DNA from: Candidatus Bathyarchaeota archaeon
GTDB lineage: Archaea > Thermoproteota > Bathyarchaeia > 40CM-2-53-6
Assembly (NCBI GenBank): GCA_963706285.1
Contig: CAVPLU010000016.1
Coordinates: 48,111 to 112,110 of the forward strand
Reading direction: 5' to 3'
Length of the DNA: 64,000 nucleotides
Shown here: one piece after another, positions 39,848 through 51,389 of the stretch
Layout of the letters: the number at the start of each line of letters is the position of its first letter
Position numbering within the stretch: position 1 is the stretch's first letter
The notes under the pieces: model-generated
Told to the model about the DNA's origin: nothing
The model's input: the letters and a program-made list of their open reading frames with translations, nothing else
The model's database searches: none
Translations under genes and position numbers: made by a program

Positions 39848-40603
39848 GTGCAAGGTTATGAGGTCATCGAGGGAAGATCCAAAGTGAGAAAGGGGGAGTT
39901 GGGCCTATCTTCACTCTGCATCGCCCTTCTGCTTTTGACACTCGTGCTTGCGAATCAAATCGAGATGGATAGGCGTACAATATCGGATCTTCAACATCAA
40001 ATCAATGGATTAGGAAACAGCACTGAAATGATTGAAGCACGGATTAGGCCTCAAGTGTGGAGTCAGTATGGTTTGCCATCTTGGCAATCATTTCAGTACT
40101 ACGCTCTTCCTTACGGATTTAGCGTCGTCGCAGCCGATTCTACAAACGCAACGAGCTATATCTGCAACAGGGCTCTCGGCTACTTCATCATCGACGCTCT
40201 GCCAAACCATCTGTGGATCACTGGCAGAGTAAGGCTGGACGATGCCGCCCAATCCGGGCAAAGCTGGAGCCGCATTGCCTTCGTAATGGCAGTTGAACAT
40301 GGAAACAACACGAGTTTCTTAGAATTAGACGTCTACGATAGCCCCAATTCTCCAATTCAGCCCGGAAAGCCGGGGACATGGACTAACGTCTATGAGTACA
40401 ACAAGTACCAGCTTCATGTTGGGGAGGAGCAGGTCTTCACCTTTGACATCGGATCGGAATACCTCAACCACTATGCTGACAAGAGCTACGCAGGCATAGA
40501 GAACATTCATCTGTATTTTGTGCTCGAATGCCAAACCGCGACCAATAGCGGCTGGAACATCGCATACAGTATCAATGATATGGGCTACTGGGAAACCACG
40601 TGA
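39848..40603 (+). CDS. Hypothetical membrane-anchored exported protein
   Basis: N-terminal hydrophobic helix, short coiled coil and aromatic beta-rich domain. Confidence 0.65.
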   Translation: MQGYEVIEGRSKVRKGELGLSSLCIALLLLTLVLANQIEMDRRTISDLQHQINGLGNSTEMIEARIRPQVWSQYGLPSWQSFQYYALPYGFSVVAADSTNATSYICNRALGYFIIDALPNHLWITGRVRLDDAAQSGQSWSRIAFVMAVEHGNNTSFLELDVYDSPNSPIQPGKPGTWTNVYEYNKYQLHVGEEQVFTFDIGSEYLNHYADKSYAGIENIHLYFVLECQTATNSGWNIAYSINDMGYWETT

Positions 40604-40653
40604 GGTGGTACTCGAGGAGTCTTGAGTGCGGAGTACGGTTTTGGCATGCTTCG

Positions 40654-40914
40654 CTAATGCTTGATTTTTGTCCACAGAAATAGTACAGCACCTACAACCA
40701 CGCTCCAGACGACAACATCAGCAATCAAAGCCACCGCGTCAACGTGCCATGGAAAGTACTCAGGCGCTATTATGAGACGAAATAGCCACGCAAGAGGGTA
40801 TCCATAGTGTTCCGCGCCCAGCAACGGAGTAGGCATGTTCGAGAACAGACCTGTCAAGAGACAGATCGCCACGCCTCCGATGATGGAGAGGGTCAGAATC
40901 TTCAATGCGTTCAA
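40654..40914 (-). CDS. Small membrane protein
   Basis: Two TM helices around YGYPLAW. Confidence 0.7.
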   Translation of the reverse strand: MNALKILTLSIIGGVAICLLTGLFSNMPTPLLGAEHYGYPLAWLFRLIIAPEYFPWHVDAVALIADVVVWSVVVGAVLFLWTKIKH

Positions 40915-41177
40915 GATCTTCCACTTGCCTTGATGTAGGTTAATACGGCGATATTATACGTCTTTTTAGAACAAGGTGTTTCGAACAATAGACATGATGT
41001 CTTCAGGAAGTAGCTCACTAGGCATATTGTTGTGCGGAAATCGTTTTTGATGCATGGGCTGTAATTTGAATGGCCGTCCATAATATTGGCGGCAGAAAAT
41101 CAGATCGTCTGAAACGTATTTCGAATGATCTTGGGAGCAGGATGAACAAGGGCGAGGCGAGCTGAAGCGCTCTCTTT

Positions 41178-41372
41178 CTAGGTCTTCTGGTCACTTTCAG
41201 GTTCGGGGGCACGTTTTTCAGATTCGGCACTCGATACCCTCGCCAAGAGAACAGAGGCTGAAGGTCTTCCCAGCAAACCATGTACCTCACAATGGTACAC
41301 GAGCTCGCTGATCCTCCCTCTTCTTGCTCCTGGAAGGAGGGTCATTTCACGTCCACAGAGTGGGCATCGCAT
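41178..41372 (-). CDS. Small zinc-finger-like protein
   Basis: MRCPLCG..YHCEVHG. Confidence 0.5.
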   Translation of the reverse strand: MRCPLCGREMTLLPGARRGRISELVYHCEVHGLLGRPSASVLLARVSSAESEKRAPEPESDQKT

Positions 41373-41802
41373 GCAAGATCTACCTAGCTTTCAATCTGCT
41401 CGATTGATTGTCAGTTCAGTCTGGACTTTCGTCTCGTGCGTTCATAGCTCTTCCTTTGAACAATTGGTGCTTGCAATGATAGTGTGCATACGCCACGTTC
41501 TCGGTGGACTGGGTTTCACGACAATTGTAGGGGTCATCAGAGTAGCTGCTAATCCAACTCATTATCTGAAGAGAAAACGCCGACTACCATGTATGGGAGG
41601 TCTCTGAAGATTTGCTCCATGCTTCGCACATACTTGCGAAAAGCTCTTCGGTTCTTTCGCGGTTAGACGTGACGCTGTGTATAGCTACCATTTCTGCGTC
41701 ATCGCACTCAGACGTATGATTCATGGATCCAATGCGTCAATATTGGCTAGAGGGTTGTCCCCTTCCAATCCGGAGCTACTCCAGATACGAAGAATGCGTT
41801 GC

Positions 41803-42270
41803 CTATGGGATTGCTTCGTTCCCGTGCTTGGCTCTGAGCAGTTCAAAACCGGTTTGTCTGTCGAAGACTCGCACGGCTGTTGTGTTAACAAGTTCGAAAA
41901 GTATGATCTCCAGAACATGCCACACTCTCACACCTCTTCTTACGCAACCGGTTACCGTTGATGTTTCTCTGCCCGCCGCAATATGCATGTGTAGTACCGG
42001 TGCGCCCTTTTCATTGGGAAATATCGTTCCCGTTCCTGTGACCTCGTGAACGTTGTTGAGCACATGTTCCATGGGAGTGATTGGTTGCGAACGCCCCTCC
42101 TGCGGGCCTACGACGAGTCTGCTTCCTTCATCCGCGCCGCCGACTGCGATCAGCGCCGCTGCTCTAATGGAATGTTGCGTGGCGAACCGTTCAACTTCTT
42201 CATGGAGAATCTCACCATCGTGGAGGCGTATGACAAAAACCCGACCGTGTTGAGCCTGCGAGAACTCCAT
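41803..42270 (-). CDS. PPC/DUF296 domain protein
   Basis: FVIRLHDGE, EVTGTG and LHMHIAAG. Start placed at MEFSQA. Confidence 0.85.
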   Translation of the reverse strand: MEFSQAQHGRVFVIRLHDGEILHEEVERFATQHSIRAAALIAVGGADEGSRLVVGPQEGRSQPITPMEHVLNNVHEVTGTGTIFPNEKGAPVLHMHIAAGRETSTVTGCVRRGVRVWHVLEIILFELVNTTAVRVFDRQTGFELLRAKHGNEAIP

Positions 42271-42425
42271 ATGTCGCCGTATCTCCTCAAAATCATCATA
42301 GGAAATGCCGCCTTCTAAGGATGGCACTGAGCAAGCCTTGGAATGCTTCGGGGCATCACGCCAAATAGATTTTGGATGCAGAATAATGGGAGCAAGCGAC
42401 TATGAATAGTCTGTCAGAATCAACG

Positions 42426-42626
42426 TTACGGTTTCATTCGCTTCGTCATCAGGACTGGTTCACAGAGTCTATCCTCTTTCGCAGCGACTCTGCCGCATTG
42501 TTTGCAAAGGAAGCGTCCTCCGTCAACAAGCTTCGAATATTGATTCAGCGTTGTTCCAGCTTCGACCAGTTGACAAAGATGCATCTCATGCTTCTTCGGA
42601 TTATGATGTTTCTCGTATAGCGGCAT
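42426..42626 (-). CDS. Small Cys/His-rich metal-binding protein
   Basis: HLC..FLCKQCGRVA..LCEP. Confidence 0.65.
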   Translation of the reverse strand: MPLYEKHHNPKKHEMHLCQLVEAGTTLNQYSKLVDGGRFLCKQCGRVAAKEDRLCEPVLMTKRMKP

Positions 42627-42714
42627 CCAAATTACCCCGTGTCATCATTTTGGTGATGTATCTCTACTTAACTTTCGCCTTGATTGAGGTGGCATCGCAA
42701 TTCCTGAAATAGGG

Positions 42715-43305
42715 GTGCTTTTCACAAGCAAGAATGGTGCTGGATCGCTGGAATCTTACTGCCACATGTTGCTGCCATCTGTCTTTGGCACGTTCGGAAT
42801 CGTGTGGAAAAAGACAGAGGCTCGACCGAAGGTCCAGAGGGTGTTCCTCCCAAACGCGAAGACTCAACTGATAAACCGCATTCACGCAGACTTCGCCGGC
42901 TCAAAGGCCGCATCATGCGAGAGCGTATTGGAACTCGGCGAACAAATCCAAAGATTTCTCAAGGGTGAACCTGTCAAGTTTGACCTGGATATCGTAGCTC
43001 TTGAAACCTGTTCTTCATTTCAGAGAAGGGTCCTCCTAGCTGAATATGGGATTCCGCGAGGGTGGATCAGCACGTATGGGAGGATATCGAAGAGTCTGGG
43101 AATTGCGAAGGGAGCACGGGCTGTTGGAAGGGTTCTTTCGCGGAACCCCTTTCCCATAATCATTCCCTGTCATCGAGCGATCAGATCTAATGGTGAACTT
43201 GGGGGATTCCAAGGCGGGCTAAGGATGAAGAAAGTTCTGCTTGAACACGAGGGCGTGTGTGTCTCAAATGAGGGAAAGGTTCTCACTACTCAGATCTACT
43301 ACTAG
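42715..43305 (+). CDS. ogt: Methylated-DNA--protein-cysteine methyltransferase
   Basis: ARAVG..NP..IIPCHR active site. Confidence 0.92.
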   Translation: MLFTSKNGAGSLESYCHMLLPSVFGTFGIVWKKTEARPKVQRVFLPNAKTQLINRIHADFAGSKAASCESVLELGEQIQRFLKGEPVKFDLDIVALETCSSFQRRVLLAEYGIPRGWISTYGRISKSLGIAKGARAVGRVLSRNPFPIIIPCHRAIRSNGELGGFQGGLRMKKVLLEHEGVCVSNEGKVLTTQIYY

Positions 43306-43510
43306 AGTCGTTGCACGCTTTTTCGTTCTATTTGGTGCGCACCGTCACATCTGACCGCTATTCAGAACAGCGAGAGGATTCTCGGAACCACATTAGAATT
43401 TGGGAATGGAGACTGAACCTCAAAGAGGTGCTTAGCATTTTCGCGTCTCTGCAGAAACGCCATTGTGTTATTAGCGACCAAATACGAATCCAGATCTACA
43501 GGTGATTTCA

Positions 43511-43896
43511 ATGGCTGCAGATAGTCAGATGTTGGAGGAGTTGAGGAAGATTAGGGAAGCTCTGACCCGAAACCTGAGCCACCGGCGCCAAAGGGATTGT
43601 GGGCTGAGTTCAAGGATTTCCTCGGCAAGGCTGGAGTGCTTGGCCTAGCGATTGGTTTCATTATGGGCACCTACATTGGCAAGGTTGTTTCAGCGCTCGT
43701 CCAGGACATCATAATGCCAATTCCAGGAGCCCTCATACCCGGAGGCGATTGGAGGAAAGCCGTCATAAGCATACCATTAGGGAGTGGAGTGAACTTCGCA
43801 GTCGGCGACTTTGCCGGAGTGATAATTGACTTTCTAATCGTCGCAGCAGTAATCTTTGTGATCGCAAGGTATGCGGGGAAGATGGGGCTCAAGTAA
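43511..43896 (+). CDS. mscL: Large-conductance mechanosensitive channel (frameshift near 43570)
   Basis: EFKDFL..VLGLAIGFIMG..LVQDIIMP and GDF..IIDFLI. ATG at 43511 is out of frame. Confidence 0.88.
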
Positions 43897-44133
43897 GGAG
43901 CCCCGCAGCTTCGAATTTGTGCTGCGTTGTTTTCTCACTTTCTTTTCTTTATTGCGTCCGTCTACCAGTCGTTCCGTCACACTCATCGAGTCCTAATTCT
44001 TAGTCTACATGATTGGCGCGTTCGCTCATTCATCATCGCGTTTTGTTCCACAATCCATCGCATGTAGCCGGTGCGCGTATCAAGAATTCGATTGGTGGAA
44101 GAGCCGGTCTATATGCGCTATCTTGGAGAGCGA

Positions 44134-44406
44134 TCAAATCCGCAATGCTAACAAAGCTACTACAAGTGCCCATAGGCCTGCAGCTATGACAACCTTGATC
44201 TGAAAACTCGTCTTGCGAGTCTTATGGTGGAATGCAAACATGCCCAAGACTATTCCGAGAAACGCTCCCGCAAGAGAAATCAGAAAGAACCACATTTCCG
44301 GAATCCTTCCGGAATCTATTTTTGCACTTAGCTTGTCGAATCCCATCAGGAGAAAACCTGCGGCGTTTATGACTAGTAGATAGATCCAGACTAACTGGCT
44401 GACCAA
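44134..44406 (-). CDS. DUF1294 family membrane protein
   Basis: DK..A..RIPE and HHKTRK. Confidence 0.88.
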   Translation of the reverse strand: MVSQLVWIYLLVINAAGFLLMGFDKLSAKIDSGRIPEMWFFLISLAGAFLGIVLGMFAFHHKTRKTSFQIKVVIAAGLWALVVALLALRI

Positions 44407-44412
44407 GCAGGA

Positions 44413-45684
44413 TCACGCCTGGCGTGTCATTCGAGATCGGCGTGGTAGGAACACGACAAGTACCGTGGAGAGCCCTGACACTATGGCGAGCGTGAGGAAG
44501 ATCGTGGGCAACAATGAGAGGTTGGCTCCGACCGCTAGTCCAACTACTAGAGGACCGATTGAGTTGCCTCCTAGCACTCCGACTCCCCAAACAATCGCGT
44601 TCGATAATGAAAGAAATTTCGACGGTACTGAATCAGATACTGCTGAGAGGAACACAGGATAGGAACTGTAGGTGAAGAACCCAAAGAGCGCGAGACACGT
44701 TACGGAAATAATCGGGTTCGATAACGTGTAGAGATAGAATATGATCGAAATGCTCTGGCCGGCGGTGTTTATGGCGAGGGAGGCGGTCCTGTGCATGTCA
44801 GAGAAATGGCCGAAGATGATCTGCCCTGGAACGCCAAGCACGATCGCAATCATCATTATCACGCCGACACCGAAACTGAAAGAGTACTGCTGAACCTGCA
44901 CGATGAAGATTGAGAGAAAAGCCATGACGCCTTGACCGAATGTTCCTCGAATCACCGCTATCGTTGTCAGCACCAGGACGTTCAATATGGCAGATCGATC
45001 GAGCGGCGTGGATTTTCCGGACTTGAATTCGCGGTCGAACGCTTCTGTAGCATCTGACGCTCCAGGGGTGCTGCTCCGCGTTCCTTCGAGCGGATAGAGT
45101 CCGATCAGGGTGGCTGGAATGAGTCCTAGAAATCCAAGTGCGATGACTCCGTATGGCAGATTGAGGCTAGTAATCAGGACGACAACGATGCTAGGGTATA
45201 GTGCTCGTCCTAGACTGCCGACGGCGCCGTTCAATCCTAGTGCCTTACCGGTCTTGGAAGATGGGTAGGCTTGGCTTAGCACGGTTCCGCCTACTGGATG
45301 GGCGACTGCGGAGCCTAAACCGCCAATTGCCGCAAAAAAGACGAGCGCGGGGTACACATCGAAAGGCAACAGGGATCGAACTGTGCCAACGCTGATTGAC
45401 CAGCCTGTTCCGATCACACCGGCCGCCATCATTATGAGGCCTCCTAGGAGAAGTGCGCCGTTTCGTCGGAATCGGTCTGACAAATGGCCGACTGCTGGGC
45501 TTCCGATGACGGAGGTTATGTTCCACATTGCCGCGACCACGCCCAGCTCAGGTGCAGCCAATCCAAACAGAGTGAGCAGCAGAGGAAAGATTGACAGTGG
45601 AACCATAGAGACGCCGTCATTCACGAAATGAGTCAGAGACGTGAGAATGAGCGCTCGTTTCTGACGTGGCGTCTCATAGAACAT
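44413..45684 (-). CDS. MFS transporter
   Basis: HFVND, GHLSDRF and about 12 TM helices. Confidence 0.88.
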   Translation of the reverse strand: MFYETPRQKRALILTSLTHFVNDGVSMVPLSIFPLLLTLFGLAAPELGVVAAMWNITSVIGSPAVGHLSDRFRRNGALLLGGLIMMAAGVIGTGWSISVGTVRSLLPFDVYPALVFFAAIGGLGSAVAHPVGGTVLSQAYPSSKTGKALGLNGAVGSLGRALYPSIVVVLITSLNLPYGVIALGFLGLIPATLIGLYPLEGTRSSTPGASDATEAFDREFKSGKSTPLDRSAILNVLVLTTIAVIRGTFGQGVMAFLSIFIVQVQQYSFSFGVGVIMMIAIVLGVPGQIIFGHFSDMHRTASLAINTAGQSISIIFYLYTLSNPIISVTCLALFGFFTYSSYPVFLSAVSDSVPSKFLSLSNAIVWGVGVLGGNSIGPLVVGLAVGANLSLLPTIFLTLAIVSGLSTVLVVFLPRRSRMTRQA

Positions 45685-45695
45685 GCATTGCTCAC

Positions 45696-46271
45696 CTAGC
45701 TTGATCTGTTCGTCTGTTTGGACTCGTTGAATCCGATCAGAACGGTGCCCAAGTTCGGGTCATCAGGATTCCAGCCCGCTTTCTGTGAGAAGCGAAAATG
45801 CACCGGGATCGTAATCGTGATCGAAACGACTTCTTTCACTCCGGGAATTTCTTCGATCTCCGGAAATGGTAGAGCCTTGTACATGAGTTTGAGAGGCTTC
45901 CCTTTGGCCTTTGCAAGTGCGTCACGATAGAGAACCAGACTCTTGCCTAGGAACAGTGTGTTCGGATCCTTCGAGAGCTTCTCGAATTGGCCGGGTTCCC
46001 AGATCTCCTCACCTACTACGTTGTCTTCATCACACATCAATATGATAGGGCCTGGCGGATGTCTCAAAGTTGGAGAATGAGAAATCACTACTACATGCTG
46101 ACGGGCAAGCGCGTCCTTGATTCCTTCGTTGACGATATCCATTCCCGGTAGTCCGAGGCGAGAATTCGCTTCATTCTCAAGCTGCCGCAGTGAGTCTCTA
46201 TCTTCATCCGGCACAACCCAGCACGCCACGACGCCAGGCGTATTCAGTAGTCGCTCTAATGACCGCGTCAA
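45696..46271 (-). CDS. Hypothetical protein co-oriented between mtrH and the MFS gene
   Basis: Uninterrupted 191-aa ORF with tight operon-like spacing. Confidence 0.7.
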   Translation of the reverse strand: MTRSLERLLNTPGVVACWVVPDEDRDSLRQLENEANSRLGLPGMDIVNEGIKDALARQHVVVISHSPTLRHPPGPIILMCDEDNVVGEEIWEPGQFEKLSKDPNTLFLGKSLVLYRDALAKAKGKPLKLMYKALPFPEIEEIPGVKEVVSITITIPVHFRFSQKAGWNPDDPNLGTVLIGFNESKQTNRSS

Positions 46272-46304
46272 CTGCGTCCATGATATCGTCTTCTCAGAGC
46301 TAGG

Positions 46305-47204
46305 TCAACCGATTCTGTAGCGTGGATGGGTTTTTGGAATCTGGATTCTCTTCTCTATTGGGAGTTGACTGTAGGCTGTGTCAACCATTGCTACGGCGGG
46401 AAAGACCACTTTCGCATCATCGATCGGTCCGTAGAGTATGAAATCTGCTCCAACCGCAGCGCTTACGGCGTTCACCGAAGCGAGGCATGGTTTCACAGCT
46501 TGCTCTCCCATTTTGCTCTTCAGTCCTTTCCACAGTGCAACGGCGTTGTGTGCACCGCATCCCACGGGAAACCCCAGTTCATCTTTCAGGTCATACATCG
46601 CACGGAGAGCTGAGCCGAGCGTCGGTAAGTCAAGCACGCAAGTATCGATCAATGGTTTCTCAATTCCGAACTCTTGCCGCTTGCTCACGAGTTCCTTGAT
46701 CGCGCTAATCCGCCCTGCAGTGCTGAAGTCTTTCATATTGTATGCAAGAAGGACTGAGCTTGAGACGCCGGATGATTGGATCGTCTTCAGTTCGTCCGGT
46801 TTGCTGCTCGGATTAATTGAGTTGTAGACTACGCGGTCAAGGATTCCCTGCTCCTTCGCGTGCGCGAGCCCTACTGCTCTTATCTCTGCTGATGGACTAT
46901 CGATCATGAGTGGCGCTTTGGTCCGATCTGCAACAAACTCAAGATGCGTCTTCATTGCTGGAATGCTCGCACTAACGACGTCTATCATAGCGGGGTTCCC
47001 GGTCTTGTCAGACATCTCGTCCTGAGTCTTCACGAGCGCCTCGGCAGCTGCTTCATCAAATGTTCCAGCATTTTCGTCTTTCACAATCTTGTGGCCGTGG
47101 TAGAATAAGGTGCCAACAAGCACCACGGGGCGTTGTCCCGGAATACCGCCGATGCTGATGCCGCCAATCTGGAAGACTTTCTGTTCAGCTTTGAAATTCC
47201 ACAA
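46305..47204 (-). CDS. mtrH: MtrH-family pterin-binding methyltransferase
   Basis: EQKVFQIGG..GG.PG..P.VLVGTLFY, MIDS, YNSIN, GCGAHN and GADFILYGPI. Confidence 0.88.
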   Translation of the reverse strand: MWNFKAEQKVFQIGGISIGGIPGQRPVVLVGTLFYHGHKIVKDENAGTFDEAAAEALVKTQDEMSDKTGNPAMIDVVSASIPAMKTHLEFVADRTKAPLMIDSPSAEIRAVGLAHAKEQGILDRVVYNSINPSSKPDELKTIQSSGVSSSVLLAYNMKDFSTAGRISAIKELVSKRQEFGIEKPLIDTCVLDLPTLGSALRAMYDLKDELGFPVGCGAHNAVALWKGLKSKMGEQAVKPCLASVNAVSAAVGADFILYGPIDDAKVVFPAVAMVDTAYSQLPIEKRIQIPKTHPRYRIG

Positions 47205-47297
47205 GCGTATCGGCGTCTCCTATTCGAACGTTAGTAAATGTACGGGATTGTTTTCTTTGATAAAGCAGTCGGAGCAGGGGAGTCGAATAGATCGCCA

Positions 47298-47505
47298 TCA
47301 CTTACGTCTGATTGAGAAAAGCACTTTCTCTGGTGTGAGAGGGAGACTGAAGACTCTAGATCCGGTTGCATCATTGATGGCGTTTGAGAGGGCTGCCGCA
47401 ATTGGAACCAGCGCGATTTCTCTTACCCCTTTTGCTCCAAATGGACCGGATTTCTCGAAAATCTCCACAGGCACGGCTTCAATTTCAGGCGCGTCCGCAA
47501 GTATA
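47298..47505 (-). pseudogene. C-terminal remnant of a xanthine dehydrogenase/CoxL-family molybdopterin subunit
   Basis: Hand translation: SGPFGAKGVREIALVPIAAALSNAINDATGSRVFSLPLTPEKV, with no start codon. Confidence 0.8.
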
Positions 47506-47778
47506 CTACGGAGTCTTCATTTCGGTGAGGGGATAGATTTCGTATGCGGCGAAATTGTGGACAGGCATCTTAGCTAGGATAGTTTCCAGCTCTTCGTTGG
47601 ATTTCACTTCACATATCCACGCGCCGCCATGTCTGCCGACCACGTGGTAGTAGTGTTCAAGCTTCTGCTGGGCATGGAGCTCCTTTGCATAACTCTGAAG
47701 ATCGGAAAGCATCTTCACCATTTCGGGCATGCCAACCCTAATTCCAGCTTGAAGATTCCAAAGAACTAGAAACTTCAC
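47506..47778 (-). CDS. Muconolactone isomerase-like small protein
   Basis: MKFLV..EVKSNEELETILAKMP..YEIYPL pattern. Confidence 0.65.
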   Translation of the reverse strand: MKFLVLWNLQAGIRVGMPEMVKMLSDLQSYAKELHAQQKLEHYYHVVGRHGGAWICEVKSNEELETILAKMPVHNFAAYEIYPLTEMKTP

Positions 47779-48046
47779 GATTTTGCCGCTCCGATTATGA
47801 TTCTTCCATTGTTGGACTTAAGCTCTGCTGGACCCAAGCAATGGATACTGGGTCCTACGTGTGGGGGACTCTCTTAGTGCACATATACCGAGTAGGAATG
47901 TGCTCACTTGGCACTTAGCGGAAGGCTGGAGCCTTAGCCAGCTAACAATCATGCCTGCATTCCTGGGTGCCAGAGATGTCTGGATGTGAACTCTGGTTCA
48001 GGAATGGGGAAGTTTGATCAGTTCGATAGGAAGGAGGCTGAGTAGG

Positions 48047-49348
48047 CTAGCTTCTTTGTGTTTGTTTCTTTCCTTTCTTCTTTATTGTGTCTAGAATCGC
48101 TTTGTGAGCCATCAGTCTTATTGCGTTTATCTTGATGAAGCCCATCGAGTCTGTTTGGTCGAATCCTCCTGCTTTGTGCATGGAGCCTAACTCTTCGTCG
48201 TATAGTGAAGTGGGCGATTCTCTTCCGACTGTAAGCACGTTGCCTTTGTACAGTTGCAGAGTAACCTTGCCGTCCACGTATTCTTGGCTCTTGTTGAATG
48301 CTGCTGTAAGGAAATCCATCTCTGGCGAGAACCAGAATCCATTGTAGACTATCTGGGCGTATATGGGGGAGAGCATGTCCTTCAGTCTCATTACTTCTCG
48401 GTCCATTGCTATTGCTTCAATGTCTCTATGTGCAGCCATGAGGATGGTGCCGCCGGGTGTTTCGTACACGCCTCTCGATTTTATCCCGACGTATCTGTTT
48501 TCCACCATGTCTATCCTTCCAACTCCGTTCTCGGAGCCGAGTTGGTTCGCGTAAAGGAAAAGCTCTAGCGGGTCGGTTTTTACTGTGCCGTCGTTCTTGT
48601 TCTCTATTTTGACGGGAGTTCCGTCTTTGAAGTGCACCACTATAGTGGTGATCTTGTCCGGTGCCTTCGCGGGTGAGGTGGTTTTTGAGTATACATTTTC
48701 TTCGGGCACATGTGCAGGGTCTTCGAGTATGCCTGCTTCATGGCTGATATGCATCAGATTATCATCCTCAGAATAGGGCTTCTTGTGCGTCTGCGTAATC
48801 GGAATACCGTTCTTCCTGGCATAATTCATGAGGTCGTCTCTGCCCTTGAATTGCGCTAGGAACTCCGCATTTTTCCAGGGAGAGATTATCTTGATATCTG
48901 GTTTCAGCGCATAGTAAGAGAGTTCGAATCTCACTTGGTCATTGCCTTTGCCAGTGGCGCCGTGTGCAACATAGGCTGCTCCTTCCTGCTCTGCCACTTC
49001 TATCTGGTATTTGGCGATAAGGGGTCTTGCAAGTGAAGTGCCAAGAAGGTATCTGTTTTCGTAGATCGCATTTGCACGAATTGCGGGAAAAATATAGTCG
49101 GTGACAAACTCCTTTCTCAGGTCTCTTACCACTACTTTCTTGGCACCGATTTCTCTGGCCTTTTGTTTTGCAGCCTCAAAGTCTTCCTGCTGACCAACAT
49201 CCGCAATATAGCAGATCACCTCGTACCCCTTGTCAATAAGCCACTTGAGTATGCAGGAAGTGTCCAATCCGCCCGAATATGCTAGAACCACTTTCTTGTT
49301 AGTTTCCTCGCTAACTCTGAGCGCCTCGCCTTCCGCTTCGTCTCCCAT
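48047..49348 (-). CDS. argG: Argininosuccinate synthase
   Basis: [24 protein letters not shown] and [10 protein letters not shown]. Confidence 0.97.
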   Translation of the reverse strand: MGDEAEGEALRVSEETNKKVVLAYSGGLDTSCILKWLIDKGYEVICYIADVGQQEDFEAAKQKAREIGAKKVVVRDLRKEFVTDYIFPAIRANAIYENRYLLGTSLARPLIAKYQIEVAEQEGAAYVAHGATGKGNDQVRFELSYYALKPDIKIISPWKNAEFLAQFKGRDDLMNYARKNGIPITQTHKKPYSEDDNLMHISHEAGILEDPAHVPEENVYSKTTSPAKAPDKITTIVVHFKDGTPVKIENKNDGTVKTDPLELFLYANQLGSENGVGRIDMVENRYVGIKSRGVYETPGGTILMAAHRDIEAIAMDREVMRLKDMLSPIYAQIVYNGFWFSPEMDFLTAAFNKSQEYVDGKVTLQLYKGNVLTVGRESPTSLYDEELGSMHKAGGFDQTDSMGFIKINAIRLMAHKAILDTIKKKGKKQTQRS

Positions 49349-49494
49349 GTCAAATACCTCCGGACTTACCCAGCCGTGGTGTGCGTTTAATTCGATTCTT
49401 CGTTATTAAGGCGCACCAGAACCGCACATAATCAGTAGTCCAAGTCCTCAATAGGCGGCAATGAGGAGTCTTAAGAACAGACAGAATGGAATCC

Positions 49495-49612
49495 TGGTGC
49501 GGAGAGCAACAATTGAAGCTCGCCAAGTTACTTCCTATCCTTTGGGCAATTTGAAGCGTCGTTCGTGCGTTGGAATTTGATCTCTGTGTGCGAGCACCAG
49601 TCTACCCACACA
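49495..49612. repeat. Dispersed-site copies left of the 49.6-51.7 kb module
   Basis: AGCACCA-GTCTAC-CCACACA (49593-49612, +) and degenerate TGGTGCGGAGAGCAACAATTGAAGC (49495-49519). Confidence 0.65.
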
Positions 49613-49640
49613 AGCGATAATAGCTCACAGTGCTAGTGCC

Positions 49641-50913
49641 ATGAATGCCTTGACCACCAAGATTGTTCCATTGCTCCTTCTTGGGATTTGTCTGTTTTGC
49701 CTCTTGCCTCAAACCAAAGCCGTTGACATACCTTCCGCTAAAGTGGTGTCTCTCTACGAATCCATCCTAGACACGGACATAGCCACCCTAACCAAAATCC
49801 TAGTCGAAACTAAAACAGAGGTCATATTCAGGGGATATTTCAGATGGGGAAAGGAGAGTCTTGGCGACTATCCGCGGCTTGCTAATCGGATCAAGAGTCT
49901 CAAGACAGCAATGCCCTGGATTCATTTTATGGGAGGCATATCATGCGCGAACTTCGTGGACGGTGACTATTGGCCTAACGGCACCATTGTTTCTGCAGAT
50001 CAGAAACTTCAGATGTTATGGATAGTCCCTAATGGGACGATGCCTCGACATTTCGCTGACCCTGACAAAGCCTACGTCTTGGACATATCCAAACCTCTTG
50101 CAAGACAGTTCATCCTGCAACATTCGTACAAGTTGATCGATGCTGGCTTCGACTCGCTCTTCTTTGATGAGGTCTCATTCATACCTTGGAACAGCGGGGG
50201 CTTCTTAACGACTTACGGTTTGGGGCAGAATTTCCGAGGAGCCGTATTTGGAAGCTTGGAAGGAAATCTCGTCCTCTGTCAAAGAGTATGCCCGAACCAT
50301 CTATCGAAAGGAATTGCCAGTCACGCTCAATAATGGAAATGTGAACGCGATCGGAGAAGATCGTTGGTCAGCAAACCGCTATTGGCCTTATCAGGACTTC
50401 ATCTCAATAGGGATCAATTTGCAGACATTGGAGACTTTATCGATTCAAGACGATTGGGCTGGCTACAAGGCTGCGGTCCAGCAAGCATACGGTCGTGTAC
50501 CGGCGACTATGATTTTCATGGATTGGGGAAAGCCTCCAACTCCAATGTCGCTCTTTAGCAACCTACCCGTGGACGAGCAGGTTAGGATGCTGAATATGTC
50601 TCATGAGAGAGCTCTGCGTGAAGGCTTTCTCTTCGTTTATCCATTGCATGGCGGCGCAATGTCAGAGTACTCATCTGTAGCGTACGACGCTTGTAGAGAA
50701 GGAACCTATGACACTATACGACAATTGACGAACACACCAGTTGGAACATACACACAGACTGTTACCGCAACTTCAACAGTAACCGCACAGGTCATTACAA
50801 CAATGACAATCAACACGCTTGGAACTAGTCCTAGTGCATTCGTAATTATGGCTGTAATTTGTGTTCTTATAGGATCGATGGCAGTCAATCTGAAGCGCCG
50901 GACTCTCGAGTAG
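49641..50913 (+). CDS. Secreted, membrane-anchored glycoside-hydrolase-like protein (frameshift near 50230)
   Basis: Signal peptide, YVLDIS..GFDSLFFDE TIM-barrel-like motif, Thr-rich linker and C-terminal TM helix. Confidence 0.65.
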
Positions 50914-51389
50914 CGTGATATGTCGTAATTGGAATTCCGGGTTTGCGATTTTGTGTGAGCCCCATCATACGTGCAATGCCAGCCTCTAGATCTGCATCGT
51001 GATTCGGGTCGTTCTTCCACGTGGCGTCCAAGTCGCATTGACTGTTCATGCACTCCACCAAGGTATCCACCACGCGGAAAAGGAAAAGAAGGACCGCAGA
51101 TGCGTCGCATGATTGAGACGAACCATGTTGAGGCGAGCTCTTTCAAGGATGTCAAAGTATGTTGGAGGTCTGGTTTGTACGTTCGGTGGAGTATACTTGG
51201 GTAACGCATACGGGGCGTCTTACTGGCGGTACGGGCCTTTCAACCTCGCTTGGGATACACTATTTCGAGGAAGCGTTCTGGTACTCATAGGGCTCATACT
51301 GATCCATGGTAAGGAAAGCTGATACTCACCTCTATATGCGCCGACTCATACATGCATATCAGACGCCAGACGATCCGAGGTGAATTATC

